Part shown: positions 18,754-29,554 of the stretch, in pieces | How positions within the stretch are numbered: the first letter of the stretch is position 1 | Layout: every line of letters begins with the position of its first letter | Source of the DNA: Citromicrobium sp. | GTDB taxonomy: Bacteria; Pseudomonadota; Alphaproteobacteria; Sphingomonadales; Sphingomonadaceae | Reading direction: 5' to 3' | NCBI GenBank assembly: GCA_003248395.1 | Contig: QFNA01000006.1 | Coordinates: 246 to 64,245 of the forward strand | Length of the DNA stretch: 64,000 nucleotides | Notes under the pieces: generated by a model | Databases searched by the model: none | The model's input: only the letters and a program-made list of their open reading frames with translations | What the model was told of the DNA's origin: nothing | Translations under genes and position numbers: made by a program

Positions 18754-20121
18754 TTATGCTGCGCGCATCACCCGGTCAACGAGGTTCGATAGCTGGCCCA
18801 TCCCGGTGTAAGCGAGCGGACCTTCGCCGATCTTGGCATCGCTGGGTCCGAAGCCCTTGTCGAAACCCAGTTTTCCGGCCTCGCGCAGTCGCAATCCCGC
18901 ATGTGCGACAGGCCTTATTTCGCCAGACAGACTGACTTCGCCAAGCCATACGCTCGATTCGGGGAGCGGTTTGTCGGCCATCGCGCTGATGAGTGCCGCG
19001 GCAACAGCGACATCGGCTGCCGGGTCGGATAATCGATAACCGCCTGCAACATTGAGATACACTTCGGCGGAACTGAAGTTCAGACCGCAGCGCGATTCGA
19101 GAACCGCGAGCAACATCGCCAGACGGCCATTGTCCCAACCCACCACTGCCCGGCGGGGCGTGGCCCCCGACTGCAGGCGCACGATCAGCGCCTGTATCTC
19201 GAGCAGGACCGGCCGCGTTCCCTCGATTGCCGGAAAGACTGCGCTGCCTGCCAGGGCTTGCTCCCGGCCCGACAGGAAGAGCATCGAAGGGTTCTCGACT
19301 TCCTCGAGCCCCTCACCCGCCATTGCGAAGACACCGATTTCGTCGACGGCACCGAACCGGTTTTTGAGTGCGCGCAGAATGCGGTACTGGTGACTTCTTT
19401 CGCCCTCGAAACTCATCACGACATCAACCATGTGCTCCAGCACGCGCGGTCCGGCGATGTTGCCGTCTTTCGTGACGTGCCCGACCAGCACCAGGGCGAC
19501 CTCGTTTTCCTTCGCATAGCGAATGAGTTCGAAGGCACATCCGCGTACCTGGCTCACCGTCCCGGGCGCGCCTTCGATCGTGTCGGAATGCATTGTCTGG
19601 ATGGAATCGATCACCAGGAGATCGGGCGGCGGCATCGAACCCAATGTCGTGAGGATATCCCTGACGCCGGTCGCGGCCGCCAGCTTGACCGGCGCGTCGG
19701 ACAGGCCCAGCCTGGCCGCCCGCATGCGCACCTGACCGGCGGCTTCTTCTCCGCTGACATAGACCGTTCCGCGACCGCTTCGCGCTACCTTTGCGGCAGC
19801 CTGTAACAGCAAGGTGGACTTTCCGATTCCCGGGTCGCCACCCATCAGGATGGCGCTGCCCGGGACGAGACCGCCGCCAAGGGCGCGGTCGAATTCCGAC
19901 AGGCCGGTGCTTTGCCGAACGGGCATTTCCCCGGGCTTGTCCAGATCGACGAACTGGACCGTCTTCCCACCGCTCGACAGGTCGTGCTTCAGCGAAAACA
20001 CCGTTGCAGGAGCATCCTCGACAAGTGTGTTCCACTCGGCACAGTCTGCACATTGCCCCTGCCAGCGATGAGAGACGCTGCCACAGGCCTGGCAGACATA
20101 GCGTTTCTTGGGTTTCGCCAT
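18754..20121 (-). CDS. radA: DNA repair protein RadA/Sms
   Basis: C4 zinc finger, GDPGIGKST, KNRFG motif, Lon-like C-terminus; start at MAKPKKRY. Confidence 0.96.
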   Translation of the reverse strand: MAKPKKRYVCQACGSVSHRWQGQCADCAEWNTLVEDAPATVFSLKHDLSSGGKTVQFVDLDKPGEMPVRQSTGLSEFDRALGGGLVPGSAILMGGDPGIGKSTLLLQAAAKVARSGRGTVYVSGEEAAGQVRMRAARLGLSDAPVKLAAATGVRDILTTLGSMPPPDLLVIDSIQTMHSDTIEGAPGTVSQVRGCAFELIRYAKENEVALVLVGHVTKDGNIAGPRVLEHMVDVVMSFEGERSHQYRILRALKNRFGAVDEIGVFAMAGEGLEEVENPSMLFLSGREQALAGSAVFPAIEGTRPVLLEIQALIVRLQSGATPRRAVVGWDNGRLAMLLAVLESRCGLNFSSAEVYLNVAGGYRLSDPAADVAVAAALISAMADKPLPESSVWLGEVSLSGEIRPVAHAGLRLREAGKLGFDKGFGPSDAKIGEGPLAYTGMGQLSNLVDRVMRAA

Positions 20122-20138
20122 ACCCTCGCTGTTAACTG

Positions 20139-20153
20139 GAACATTACCGGAAC
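20139..20153 (-). promoter_or_regulatory. LexA SOS box (GTTC-N7-GTTC)
   Basis: Minus strand GTTCcggtaatGTTC, 17 nt upstream of the radA start; matches the alphaproteobacterial LexA consensus. Confidence 0.8.
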
Positions 20154-20193
20154 GCAATTGCCAAATCACAGCGCGATGTGCACAAGACGAGCG

Positions 20194-22509
20194 ATGCGGC
20201 AGAAGGAACTCAGGATCGCGCTGGTCTGCTACGGCGGGGTCAGTCTGGCTGTCTACATGCACGGTGTGACACGCGAATTGTGGCAACTTGCCAGGGCGAG
20301 CCGCGACTATCATTCCGGACAAGCGGCGCGAGACGGGGTCCATGCGGTCTATCTGGATCTGCTGTCGTCGATCGAACAGCAGAGCGGAGTTCGCCTGCGC
20401 ATCATTCCCGACATCATGAGCGGGGCGAGTGCCGGCGGGATCAACGCCGTATTTCTGGCGCAGGCAATCCATTCCGGCCAGAGCATCGAGCCGCTGACCG
20501 ATCTGTGGCTCGAAGTGGCCGATGTCGAAGTCCTGACCGACCCCGAAGCGAAGATCAGGTGGACGGGCGGAAAAATCTGGGCGCAACCGATCGCCAGCTG
20601 GATACTGAATCGGCCGGGAAACGAAATTTCGCAGGAGGTCGCGCCGGAAACACGTGACGAAGTGCGCCGCAAGGTCTCGCACCTGATCCGGGGTCGGTGG
20701 TTCGAACCGCCGTTTTCCGGGATCGGGTTTTCGAAACTGCTCGAAAACGCGCTTTCCGCCATGGCTGAGACTGCGACTGAAGCACCGCTTCTTCCGCCAG
20801 GCCATCCGCTCGATCTGTATGTCACCGCGACCGATTTTCACGGGCATCTCGAGCTTCTTCGCCTCAACAGCCCCGCCGTTGTCGAAGACACCGAGCACCG
20901 GCTGCCGATAAGTTTTCGTCGCAAGACGCCGGCCATGGGCGGGCAGACGCTCGCAGATCCGCTGGAACTGGTCTTCGCAGCGCGCGCGACGGCGAGCTTT
21001 CCGGGCGCGTTCCCACCGCTCCGGGTCAGGGAGATCGATCGTCTGGCCGAGAAAACCGGGCGAAAATGGCCCGGACGTTCGGAATTCCTTGAGCGCATAA
21101 TGCCGATTCAATCGAGCCAGAGCGACGTCGAGGACGTGTCGCTCATCGATGGTTCGGTCCTCGTCAACAAGCCGTTCGGCGGAGCCATTTCAGCCCTTCG
21201 CGGTCGACCGGCACAGCGCGAAGTGGATCGCCGCTTCGTTTATGTCGATCCGCGGCCGGACCGGATCGCCGATCGACAGGATCGCAAAGCGCGGGACGTC
21301 GGTTTCTTTTCCGCCATCTTTGGGTCGCTCTCCACTCTGCCACGCGAACAGCCGATCAGGGACAATCTCGAGCAGCTTCAGGAGCAGAGTCGCGAGGCCG
21401 AGCGCCTCACCCGCATCGTCGAATCCTTGCGACCCGAGGTCGAACGTGCGGTCGAAAAGCTGTTCGGGTTCACTCTTTTTCTCGACAAGCCCACCCCGCG
21501 CAGGCTGAAGGCATGGCGCCAGAAGGCGCAGCAGGCCGCCGCAGAGCAGGCGGGATACGCGTTCAATTCCTACGCGCAGGCGAAGTTCACCGGGATCGTT
21601 TCGCGACTTTCACGTATGATCTGGGAAGCGGCGCCCGCGCTGAAGCTGGCGGACGCGACGCCAGTAGAGATGGCGCTTCGCGATGAACTGGAACGTCGTG
21701 GTCTGGGGTCGCTGGCCTTGCCGTCCGGCGGGGCGACCGGGGCAGCGATCACATTCTTTCGCCAGCACGATATCGGTTTTCGTATCAGAAGATTGCGATT
21801 GCTGGCCCGACGACTGGCGCGCGATTGGGAGGCCGATCCGGAAATTCCAGACGACGCGCTCGAAACGGGTCGCGAGGCCGTTTACGATATTCTCGGCCTC
21901 TATTTCGAAAAGGAAGGCAAGGCTGCGCTCGGCGCGGAGTTCGAGGATATAGCCGACGATGTGCTTGGTGATCCGGGAACGGTGCTGGACTTTATCGAGG
22001 ACAAGCGGCTGCTTCCCGATATCGACGACCGCGCCGAAGCGATGCTTGCAGCCGCCATCGACCCTATGCCCGACAATCTCAAACGCAGGATGCTCTTCGC
22101 CTATCTCGGCTTCCCCTTTTACGACGTCGCGACGCTGCCCCTGCTGCGCAATGAAGGCCTGAGCGAATTCGACGCGGTCAAGGTCGATCGCATCAGCCCG
22201 GACGACGCCCGCAGCATTCGCGAAGGCGGCACGCGAGCGACATTGAGAGGCATCGAGTTCTACAATTTCGGGGCCTTTTTCAGCCGCGCTTACCGCGAAA
22301 ATGACTATCTGTGGGGCCGGCTGCACGGCGCCGAGCGCATGATCGATCTGGTATGTTCGACCGTGGAAAGCTCGCCGGCAGACCTTGGCTGCCGCGATTT
22401 CAAACGGCGCGCGTTCCTCGCTGTTCTCGACGAAGAGCGTGAAGCGAAACGTTGCGACGCGCATCTGCTGGAACAGATCCGCAAGGAAGTACTCGAACGG
22501 CTGGACTAG
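20194..22509 (+). CDS. Patatin-like protein with DUF3376-type C-terminal domain
   Basis: GGVSLAVY, GASAG nucleophile elbow, DGS, C-terminal FFSRAYRENDYLWGRLHGA. Confidence 0.88.
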   Translation: MRQKELRIALVCYGGVSLAVYMHGVTRELWQLARASRDYHSGQAARDGVHAVYLDLLSSIEQQSGVRLRIIPDIMSGASAGGINAVFLAQAIHSGQSIEPLTDLWLEVADVEVLTDPEAKIRWTGGKIWAQPIASWILNRPGNEISQEVAPETRDEVRRKVSHLIRGRWFEPPFSGIGFSKLLENALSAMAETATEAPLLPPGHPLDLYVTATDFHGHLELLRLNSPAVVEDTEHRLPISFRRKTPAMGGQTLADPLELVFAARATASFPGAFPPLRVREIDRLAEKTGRKWPGRSEFLERIMPIQSSQSDVEDVSLIDGSVLVNKPFGGAISALRGRPAQREVDRRFVYVDPRPDRIADRQDRKARDVGFFSAIFGSLSTLPREQPIRDNLEQLQEQSREAERLTRIVESLRPEVERAVEKLFGFTLFLDKPTPRRLKAWRQKAQQAAAEQAGYAFNSYAQAKFTGIVSRLSRMIWEAAPALKLADATPVEMALRDELERRGLGSLALPSGGATGAAITFFRQHDIGFRIRRLRLLARRLARDWEADPEIPDDALETGREAVYDILGLYFEKEGKAALGAEFEDIADDVLGDPGTVLDFIEDKRLLPDIDDRAEAMLAAAIDPMPDNLKRRMLFAYLGFPFYDVATLPLLRNEGLSEFDAVKVDRISPDDARSIREGGTRATLRGIEFYNFGAFFSRAYRENDYLWGRLHGAERMIDLVCSTVESSPADLGCRDFKRRAFLAVLDEEREAKRCDAHLLEQIRKEVLERLD

Positions 22510-23634
22510 CTAGCCGCTGAAGGCAGTTCTCAACTTGTCGAAAAACGACTGGCTGTCCGGGCACTCGTCACCCGTTTCCAGTTCGCGGAACTGTTCGAGC
22601 AGTGCTTTCTGCTCCTTGGTGAGCTTGCGGGGCGTTTCGACAGCAATTTCGACGACCATGTCGCCGCGTCCCCGCCCCTGAAGCACCGGCATGCCAGCCC
22701 CGCGCTGGCGCAATTGCTTGCCTGACTGGATCCCGGCGGGAATATCGAGCGAGAGTTCCTCACCGTCGATGCCGGGTATCTCGATCGATCCGCCGAGCGC
22801 AGCCGTGGTGAAACTGATCGGAACGCGCGTGGCCAAGGTGGTCCCCTCGCGCACGAAGATCGGGTGCGAACGGACATGCACGAAGATGTAGAGGTCCCCA
22901 GCGGGGGCGCCGTTAGGCCCCGCCTCGCCTTTACCAGACAAACGGATTCTCGTGCCGGTGTCGACGCCAGGCGGGATGTCGACCGAAAGGCGTTGCGGCA
23001 AATCGACAACGCCTTCGCCGCGACAATCGCGGCAAGGGCTGGTTATGACCTCGCCGCGCCCATGACAATTGGGGCATGGGCGCTCGACAACAAAAAAGCC
23101 CTGTTTGGCGCGGACATTCCCGCGCCCGCCGCACAAGTTGCAGCTTCGCGCTTGCGTTCCCGGTGTAGCGCCCGAACCATGACAGGTTTCGCAAGCCTGG
23201 CTTACTTCGATTTCTATTTCGGTCGATTTGCCATGAAACGCCTCGTCGAGACCGATTTCCATGTCGTAGCGCAGATCTGCGCCGCGCCGAGCTCGGGCCC
23301 TGCCGCCGCCGGCAAACGAACTTCCGAAGATAGTCTCGAAAATATCGCCGATGTCGCCGAAGTCTGCTCCGGGATGGCCACCCCCGCCGCCACTCATGCC
23401 CTGTTTGAATGCGGCGTGTCCGAACCGATCATAGGCTGCACGTTTCTGCGGATCCTTCAGGCAATCATACGCCTCGGAGACCGCCTTGAACTTGGCCTCG
23501 TTATCCTTGCATCCCTGATTACGATCAGGGTGAAACTGCATGGCGAGCTTGCGATATGCGGACTTGATGGTCGCCCCGTCCGCATCACGGCTGACGCCTA
23601 GCTGCTCATAATAGTCGATTTCGGTCGCTGACAT
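22510..23634 (-). CDS. dnaJ: Chaperone DnaJ
   Basis: J-domain HPD, G/F region, four CxxCxGxG repeats. Confidence 0.97.
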   Translation of the reverse strand: MSATEIDYYEQLGVSRDADGATIKSAYRKLAMQFHPDRNQGCKDNEAKFKAVSEAYDCLKDPQKRAAYDRFGHAAFKQGMSGGGGGHPGADFGDIGDIFETIFGSSFAGGGRARARRGADLRYDMEIGLDEAFHGKSTEIEIEVSQACETCHGSGATPGTQARSCNLCGGRGNVRAKQGFFVVERPCPNCHGRGEVITSPCRDCRGEGVVDLPQRLSVDIPPGVDTGTRIRLSGKGEAGPNGAPAGDLYIFVHVRSHPIFVREGTTLATRVPISFTTAALGGSIEIPGIDGEELSLDIPAGIQSGKQLRQRGAGMPVLQGRGRGDMVVEIAVETPRKLTKEQKALLEQFRELETGDECPDSQSFFDKLRTAFSG

Positions 23635-23711
23635 GTCGTTCCCGTCCGCTGAAAGTCCGACCGCCACCGGCGCCTTGCGCACCAGTGGCGGTTCCAGATT
23701 TCATCAGCAGC

Positions 23712-25640
23712 CTAGTTCTTCGCGTCTTCGTCGACTTCGGAGAATTCGGCGTCAACGACGTCTTCATCCGAAGCATTCTCGGCGCCAGCGTCACCTTGCG
23801 GCGCGTCTGCACCGGCACTCGCCTGCTCCTGCTCGTAAATCGACTGACCCATTTTCATCGCGCTTTGCGAGAGATCCTGCGCCTTGGCATTGATGTCGGA
23901 AGCATCATCGCCTTCGAGCGCAGTCTTGAGCGCAGCGACCTTTTCTTCCACCTCGCTCTTGAGCGATGCGTCGATCTTGTCGCCATGCTCCTCGAGCTGC
24001 TTCTCGGTGGCGTGAACAAGGCTATCCGCCTGGTTTCGCGCTTCGGCACCTTCGCGACGCTTCTTGTCCTCGTCGGCGAACTTTTCGGCGTCCTGCACCA
24101 TCTGATCGATATCGGCATCGGAAAGACCGCCCGACGCCTGGATCTTGATCGTCTGCTCCTTGCCGGTGCCCTTGTCCTTGGCCGAAACATTCACGATGCC
24201 GTTGGCGTCGATATCGAAAGTGACCTCGATCTGCGGCACACCGCGCGGTGCTGGCGGGATGCCGACCAGGTCGAAATTGCCGAGCAGCTTGTTGTCCGCG
24301 GCCATCTCGCGCTCACCCTGAAAGACGCGGATCGTCACGGCCTGCTGATTATCCTCGGCCGTCGAATAGGTCTGCGACTTCTTCGTCGGGATTGTCGTGT
24401 TGCGATCGATCATCCGGGTGAATACGCCGCCGAGCGTTTCGATGCCGAGCGAAAGCGGCGTAACATCGAGCAGGAGGACATCCTTCACGTCACCCTGCAA
24501 TACACCTGCCTGGATGGCAGCGCCCATGGCGACAACCTCGTCGGGATTGACCCCCGTGTGCGGCTTCTGACCGAAAAACTCTTCGACGACTTCGCGCACC
24601 TTGGGCATGCGAGTCATGCCGCCAACCAGCACCACCTCGTCAACGCCGCTCTTGTCGATACCCGCGTCGGCCAGTGCTTTCTTGCACGGCTCGAGCGTGC
24701 GCTTGACCAGATCGCCGACCAGCTGTTCCAGTTTCGACCGGCTGAGCGTTTCGACCAGATGGAGGGGAGTCGAGGACCCGCCTTCCATGCGCGCGGTGAT
24801 GAAGGGAAGATTGACTTCGGTCGACTGCGAGCTCGAGAGCTCGATCTTGGCTTTCTCAGCGGCTTCCTTGAGCCGCTGCAATGCAAGCTTGTCGGTCCGG
24901 AGATCCATGTTCTCCTTCTTCTTGAACTCGTCGGCCAGATATTCGACGATCGCGCTGTCGAAGTCTTCACCGCCGAGGAAGGTATCGCCATTGGTCGACT
25001 TCACCTCGAACACGCCGTCGCCGATTTCGAGGATGGACACGTCGAACGTGCCGCCACCAAGGTCGTAGACTGCGATCGTCTTGCCGTCGTCCTTCTCGAG
25101 ACCATAGGCGAGCGCAGCAGCAGTCGGTTCGTTGATGATGCGCAGGACTTCGAGACCGGCAATCTGGCCGGCATCCTTAGTCGCCTGGCGCTGGGCATCA
25201 TTGAAATATGCGGGGACCGTGATCACAGCCTGCGACACCGTCTCGCCGAGATAACTCTCGGCAGTTTCCTTCATCTTCTGGAGAATGAAAGCCGAAATCT
25301 GGCTGGGCGAATAATCTTCGCCACCGGCCTGAACCCATGCGTCGCCATTCTTGCCCTTGACGATCGTGTAAGGGACCAGTTCGGTATCCTTCTTGGTCAC
25401 CGGATCATCGAAACGACGACCGATCAGGCGCTTCACTGCAAACACAGTATTGTCAGGATTGGTGACGGCCTGCCTCTTGGCCGGCTGCCCGATCAGGCGC
25501 TCGCCATCCTTGGTGAACGCGACGATCGAAGGCGTGGTGCGTGCACCTTCGGAATTCTCGATAACCTTGGGTTTTCCACCATCCATTACAGCAACGCAGC
25601 TGTTGGTTGTGCCGAGGTCGATACCGATTACTTTAGCCAT
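23712..25640 (-). CDS. dnaK: Chaperone DnaK
   Basis: [27 protein letters not shown] tail. Confidence 0.98.
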   Translation of the reverse strand: MAKVIGIDLGTTNSCVAVMDGGKPKVIENSEGARTTPSIVAFTKDGERLIGQPAKRQAVTNPDNTVFAVKRLIGRRFDDPVTKKDTELVPYTIVKGKNGDAWVQAGGEDYSPSQISAFILQKMKETAESYLGETVSQAVITVPAYFNDAQRQATKDAGQIAGLEVLRIINEPTAAALAYGLEKDDGKTIAVYDLGGGTFDVSILEIGDGVFEVKSTNGDTFLGGEDFDSAIVEYLADEFKKKENMDLRTDKLALQRLKEAAEKAKIELSSSQSTEVNLPFITARMEGGSSTPLHLVETLSRSKLEQLVGDLVKRTLEPCKKALADAGIDKSGVDEVVLVGGMTRMPKVREVVEEFFGQKPHTGVNPDEVVAMGAAIQAGVLQGDVKDVLLLDVTPLSLGIETLGGVFTRMIDRNTTIPTKKSQTYSTAEDNQQAVTIRVFQGEREMAADNKLLGNFDLVGIPPAPRGVPQIEVTFDIDANGIVNVSAKDKGTGKEQTIKIQASGGLSDADIDQMVQDAEKFADEDKKRREGAEARNQADSLVHATEKQLEEHGDKIDASLKSEVEEKVAALKTALEGDDASDINAKAQDLSQSAMKMGQSIYEQEQASAGADAPQGDAGAENASDEDVVDAEFSEVDEDAKN

Positions 25641-25742
25641 GGTTTCCCCATCTGTTTCAATTCGTTGGACACCGCGCACTTGGCTTCCCTTTTCCGGCAA
25701 AGCCCGTCGGCGGCTCAATAGGAACGGTGTGTTACCGGGGCG

Positions 25743-25770
25743 ATATAGGTTCGCTTTCGCTTGGCACAAG
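25743..25770 (-). promoter_or_regulatory. RpoH (sigma32) promoter of dnaKJ
   Basis: Minus strand CTTG-N17-CCTATAT. Confidence 0.75.
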
Positions 25771-25821
25771 GGACACCCAACGCTAGATTCTTCCCCGGAT
25801 ATCGAGGAGGGAAACAGACCC

Positions 25822-26304
25822 ATGAGAAGCACGATTTTTCAAGCAGTTGTTCTTTCAGGCGCAGCGCTGGCACTGTCGGCTTGCAGCGCCGAGACATCGA
25901 CGGATCAGGCAGCAGCGGCAGCAACCGGGCTGCCATTGGAGATGAGCGATGCGCGCCTCGTCCTGCCGCCCGTGTCGGGCAATCCGGGGGCGGTTTACTT
26001 CGAGCTGACCAATACAGGCGAAAGAAACTACGCGATCCGCAACGCCGAAGTCGAGGGTGCGGGCAGCGCGGACATTCACGGCTCCATGGAAATGGACGGC
26101 GAAATCCACATGAGCACGGCTCCGCCCCAGCTTATAGAGGCGGGCCAGACCATCCGGTTCGAACCGGGCGATGTGCATGTCATGGCATTCGACCTTTCGC
26201 CCAAATTGAAGGCCGGTGGAACGACCGACCTCACGCTGATCGTGGCCGGTGGGAAGCGGGCGACTTTTCCGGTCGAGATCCGCGGCGCAGGAGATGATCG
26301 CTGA
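25822..26304 (+). CDS. Copper chaperone PCu(A)C lipoprotein
   Basis: Lipobox LSAC; GAVYFEL, H-x10-M..EPGDVHVM copper ligands. Confidence 0.85.
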   Translation: MRSTIFQAVVLSGAALALSACSAETSTDQAAAAATGLPLEMSDARLVLPPVSGNPGAVYFELTNTGERNYAIRNAEVEGAGSADIHGSMEMDGEIHMSTAPPQLIEAGQTIRFEPGDVHVMAFDLSPKLKAGGTTDLTLIVAGGKRATFPVEIRGAGDDR

Positions 26305-26309
26305 GCGAT

Positions 26310-26840
26310 TTGCGTGATGAACTGGACGTCGAACTCAACGACGAAAAGGTTGCGGAAGGATGCGCGGCGGGCGGCGAGCGAGCACTGACTGCGGGAGAAA
26401 TCGCGCTTGCCCGCAGCGTCTTCGGCAATGTGATCGATTACGAGAAAGTGACGATCAGACGCCGCAAGTGGTTTCCGCTGCAGCCGAAGCGGGTGACGAT
26501 GGCGCCCCGTGGGCATCTGCATTTCCATCCCGCGTCGGAGGCCTATTGCGACGACTTTTCACGCGTGGGCTTGATCCGGCAAGGCCTTCTGATCCACGAA
26601 TTGACGCATGTCTGGCAGAGCCAAATGCGCGGCAAATGGTATCTGGTCACGCGCAGGATGCCATGGGCGCGGTATGATTACAGCCTGAGACCAGGCTGGG
26701 CGCTGGAAAGGTACGGGATCGAGCAACAGGCCGAAATCGTGAAGCACGCGTTCCTGCTGCGGAACGGTGTCAAGATAGCCGGCGCACCGGACGTTTCCGC
26801 ATACGATCTGCTGGTCCGGTTTCCCGGAGCGACGGGCTGA
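26310..26840 (+). CDS. Vgr-related protein with HExxH zincin-like motif
   Basis: ERALTAGE..MAPRGHLHF..LLIHELTHVWQ..YGIEQQAEIV. Confidence 0.75.
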   Translation: MRDELDVELNDEKVAEGCAAGGERALTAGEIALARSVFGNVIDYEKVTIRRRKWFPLQPKRVTMAPRGHLHFHPASEAYCDDFSRVGLIRQGLLIHELTHVWQSQMRGKWYLVTRRMPWARYDYSLRPGWALERYGIEQQAEIVKHAFLLRNGVKIAGAPDVSAYDLLVRFPGATG

Positions 26841-26846
26841 CCGCGC

Positions 26847-26880
26847 AAAAGAAAAGGGCCGCCCCATGACGGAGCGGCCC
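26847..26880 (-). terminator. Rho-independent terminator
   Basis: GGGCCGC stem-loop (26856-26880) followed by TTTTCTTTT on the minus strand, between convergent genes. Confidence 0.8.
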
Positions 26881-26900
26881 CGAATTCTATCTGGATTTGA

Positions 26901-27191
26901 CTACCAGTAACGACCGTAGCGATCGTCGTTGCGGCAATCGTCGTCGACATAGCGACCGTCGCCATAATATCCGTCGCAACGATTGTTCTTGTCCTTCGCG
27001 TAGCCGACCACGCCGCCGATGGCGGCTCCGGCAAGGGCGTAGGTTTCGATATCGTCACCGAGTACGGCAGCGAGGCCCGCTCCGGCAGCGGCGCCCAAAC
27101 CAGCGCCCTCCACCGCGTAATTCTCGGCGCAAGCGCCCAGGCTCAGCGTGGATAGTGCGAGCGCCGGGGCGAGGATCATCTTCTTATTCAT
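26901..27191 (-). CDS. Glycine-zipper lipoprotein
   Basis: Lipobox LGAC, GAGLGAAAGAG and GAAIGGVVG zipper helices. Confidence 0.85.
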   Translation of the reverse strand: MNKKMILAPALALSTLSLGACAENYAVEGAGLGAAAGAGLAAVLGDDIETYALAGAAIGGVVGYAKDKNNRCDGYYGDGRYVDDDCRNDDRYGRYW

Positions 27192-27224
27192 CGTTGTTCT
27201 CCGTCATATCCCTGTTGTTCGAAT

Positions 27225-27249
27225 TACGACTGACCGGGATACCCGTTCC
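27225..27249 (-). promoter_or_regulatory. Putative EcfG/SigT general-stress promoter
   Basis: Minus strand GGAAC-N16-CGTA (consensus GGAAC-N16/17-CGTT) upstream of the lipoprotein gene. Confidence 0.5.
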
Positions 27250-27253
27250 GGAA

Positions 27254-28926
27254 TCAATCGTAGGTCACGCCCGGAAGCCCCTGTCCGCCATCGGCGATGA
27301 AGGCGTCGATCCGGTCTTCCAGGGCAGGCAATGGCACCGATCCCAGCGAGAGCACGACGTCGTGAAACTTGCGAATGTCGAACCGGTCGCCGAGCGCCTT
27401 TTCTGCTTTTTCGCGCACACGACGGATGGTCAACTCGCCCAACTTGTAAGCAAGCGCCTGTCCAGGCCAGCTGATGTAGCGGTCGACCTCGGTCCCGACT
27501 TCGCGTTCGGACAGGGCGGTATGCGACGCGAGATAATCGACCGCCTGCTCGCGGCTCCAGCCATATTTATGTATGCCGGTGTCGATCACCAAACGGGCCG
27601 CACGCCACATCTCGTAGCTCAATCGTCCGAACTTCTCGTAAGGGGTGCGGTAGATGCCCATCTCCTCGCCGAGATATTCACTGCACCCTGAAAACTGTGC
27701 CCCGGCGCGCACTCGTGGAGCGTCAGCGCGGGGATGTTGTAAAGGGGTCGCGAGGGCAGGTCATAGGTGTTCATCTGGCAGGCATCGAGTCCGCCCCGGC
27801 CCGCCGTATAGAACGGTGCGATCGCCGGATCGACCGGACGAATGGTGTAGCGATGGCGAGGCAGGAATCCGAAGTAATCGGCCAGTTTTCCATCGACCCG
27901 TTTTGCGGTGTAGGCAGAAACCCCCATCAGTTCATCACCCGTGCGGGCGACGAACTGGGGATCGGTGCGCAGGAAGGTCACGAATTCGTCCAGCGTGCCG
28001 TCGAATCCCGCCTCGCCCTTTACCGTTTCCATCTCAGCCGTAATCCGCGCGACTTCCTCGAGGCCGATCTGGTGGATTTGCTCCGCTGTCAGGTCGAGGG
28101 TTGTGTACTGGCGGATTTGCTGTGCGTAATAGGCTTCGCCGTCGGGCATCTCGATCGCGGCCAGCGATGTGCGCGTCTGCGGCAGGTATTCGTCGCGAAA
28201 GAATGCCAGCAGTTCAGTATAGGCAGGTGTCACCGCCGACGATATGGCGTCACGTCCCTCCGCCATCAGCCGCCGCTGTTCGGCCTCCGGAATGCTGCGC
28301 GGCATCTCGGCAAACGGGCGCCAGAATGCGCTCTTTTCAGGGTCATCGACGACGTAGGAAGAGATCGAGACATCGCGCCCCTCGAGCGTAACACGAGGCA
28401 CGCTGAACCCGCGCGCCAGACCTGCACGGGCGTTGGCCTTGTGCTCTTCGAAATAGCGCGGAATATCGCGCATCCGCCCGATATAGCGTTCGTAATCCTC
28501 TACGGTCGTGAATCCGCCTGGCGCAGCGAGATAGGACCAGAAATTGCTGTCGCTATCGAATGGCATTTCCCATTCCGAAAACCGCGCATCCCCGATCTGC
28601 TCCTTCAGCAAGGTCTCCAGAACGGTCGCATTGATCTGCGCGTCGTCCGACAGACTGTCGCGGTCGATCCTGCCCAGTCGTTCGAGGAATTGCGCGGCGC
28701 TGGCGGCCCGCTCCTGCTCGGCTTCCGGAGTGACCGACCACAGCCGGGCGCCGGCTTCCGAATCCCCTTCCGGAGTCTCGATCATTCCGGATTCTGCGAG
28801 CCGATAATCGTGGTATTCTTCCGCGAGCGCGAACAGGGCCGCATCGCCGGAGGAGCCCTGCGCTGCCAGCGGAGTGGAAAGTGCCGTCGCAGCGAGGACC
28901 GCCGCGACCGTGATTGCAGTCCTCAT
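27254..28926 (-). pseudogene. DUF885 family secreted protein, frameshifted by an internal deletion at about 27682 (possibly artefact)
   Basis: Signal peptide..LHECAPGHSFQG in one frame, EYLGEEMGIY..WRAARLVIDTGIH..PGQALAYK in another; the intervening EGWxLY segment is absent. Confidence 0.85.
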
Positions 28927-28948
28927 GTTTCTCTCCCTTGGGAAAACG

Positions 28949-29542
28949 TCAGCCCGGCTTCTTGGCGACACCCACCATTGCGGGTCGCAGCAAGCGATCC
29001 TTGATCATGTAGCCCGCCTGCATTTCCTGGACGATGGTGCCCGGCTCGACGTCGTCGGTCGGCACTTCCATCATCGCCTGATGCTGGTTGGGGTCGAGCG
29101 GCATGCCCGTCGACGCAATCCGCGTTATGCCATTCTGGCTGAACACCTTTTCGAGTTCGCGCTGGGTCGCTTCGATCCCTGCGATGAATCCCTTGAGCTT
29201 TTCTTCTCCGCGAAGATCCTCGGGAATGGCGTCCAGCGCGCGCGACAAATTGTCGGCCACACTCAGGACATCCCGGGCAAATCCGGTCGCCGCGTAGTTG
29301 CGCGCGTCCTGGACGTCCTTTTCCATGCGACGGCGCACATTTTGCGTTTCGGCCTGGGCATAGAGCACGTCCTGCTTCGCCGCTTCGAGATCGCCGCGAA
29401 GGCTCGCTAGCGCATCGTCCAGCGCCTCCTCTGCCGTTTCGGCGCCATCGTCGCGCAGATGTTCGGGCACGCCTTCCATCTCGCGCGCCACTTCTTCATC
29501 GACCGCTTCGTCCTGCGGTTCGTTGGTCTTGTTCTCGGTCAC
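28949..29542 (-). CDS. grpE: Nucleotide exchange factor GrpE
   Basis: AETQNVRRR, LDPNQHQAM, GYMIKDRLLRPAMVGV. Confidence 0.96.
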   Translation of the reverse strand: MTENKTNEPQDEAVDEEVAREMEGVPEHLRDDGAETAEEALDDALASLRGDLEAAKQDVLYAQAETQNVRRRMEKDVQDARNYAATGFARDVLSVADNLSRALDAIPEDLRGEEKLKGFIAGIEATQRELEKVFSQNGITRIASTGMPLDPNQHQAMMEVPTDDVEPGTIVQEMQAGYMIKDRLLRPAMVGVAKKPG

Positions 29543-29554
29543 TTAAAAACCCTG

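Noticed and set aside
20122..21111. Long N-terminal extension of radA in the ORF track (likewise dnaK, MFS 16107, hemW, rdgB, 54436 gene)
   Set aside because: Stop-free run-through into neighbouring genes; family motifs begin at the downstream starts used here.
23685..25721. 678-aa ORF on the plus strand
   Set aside because: Antisense shadow of dnaK, a common high-GC artefact.
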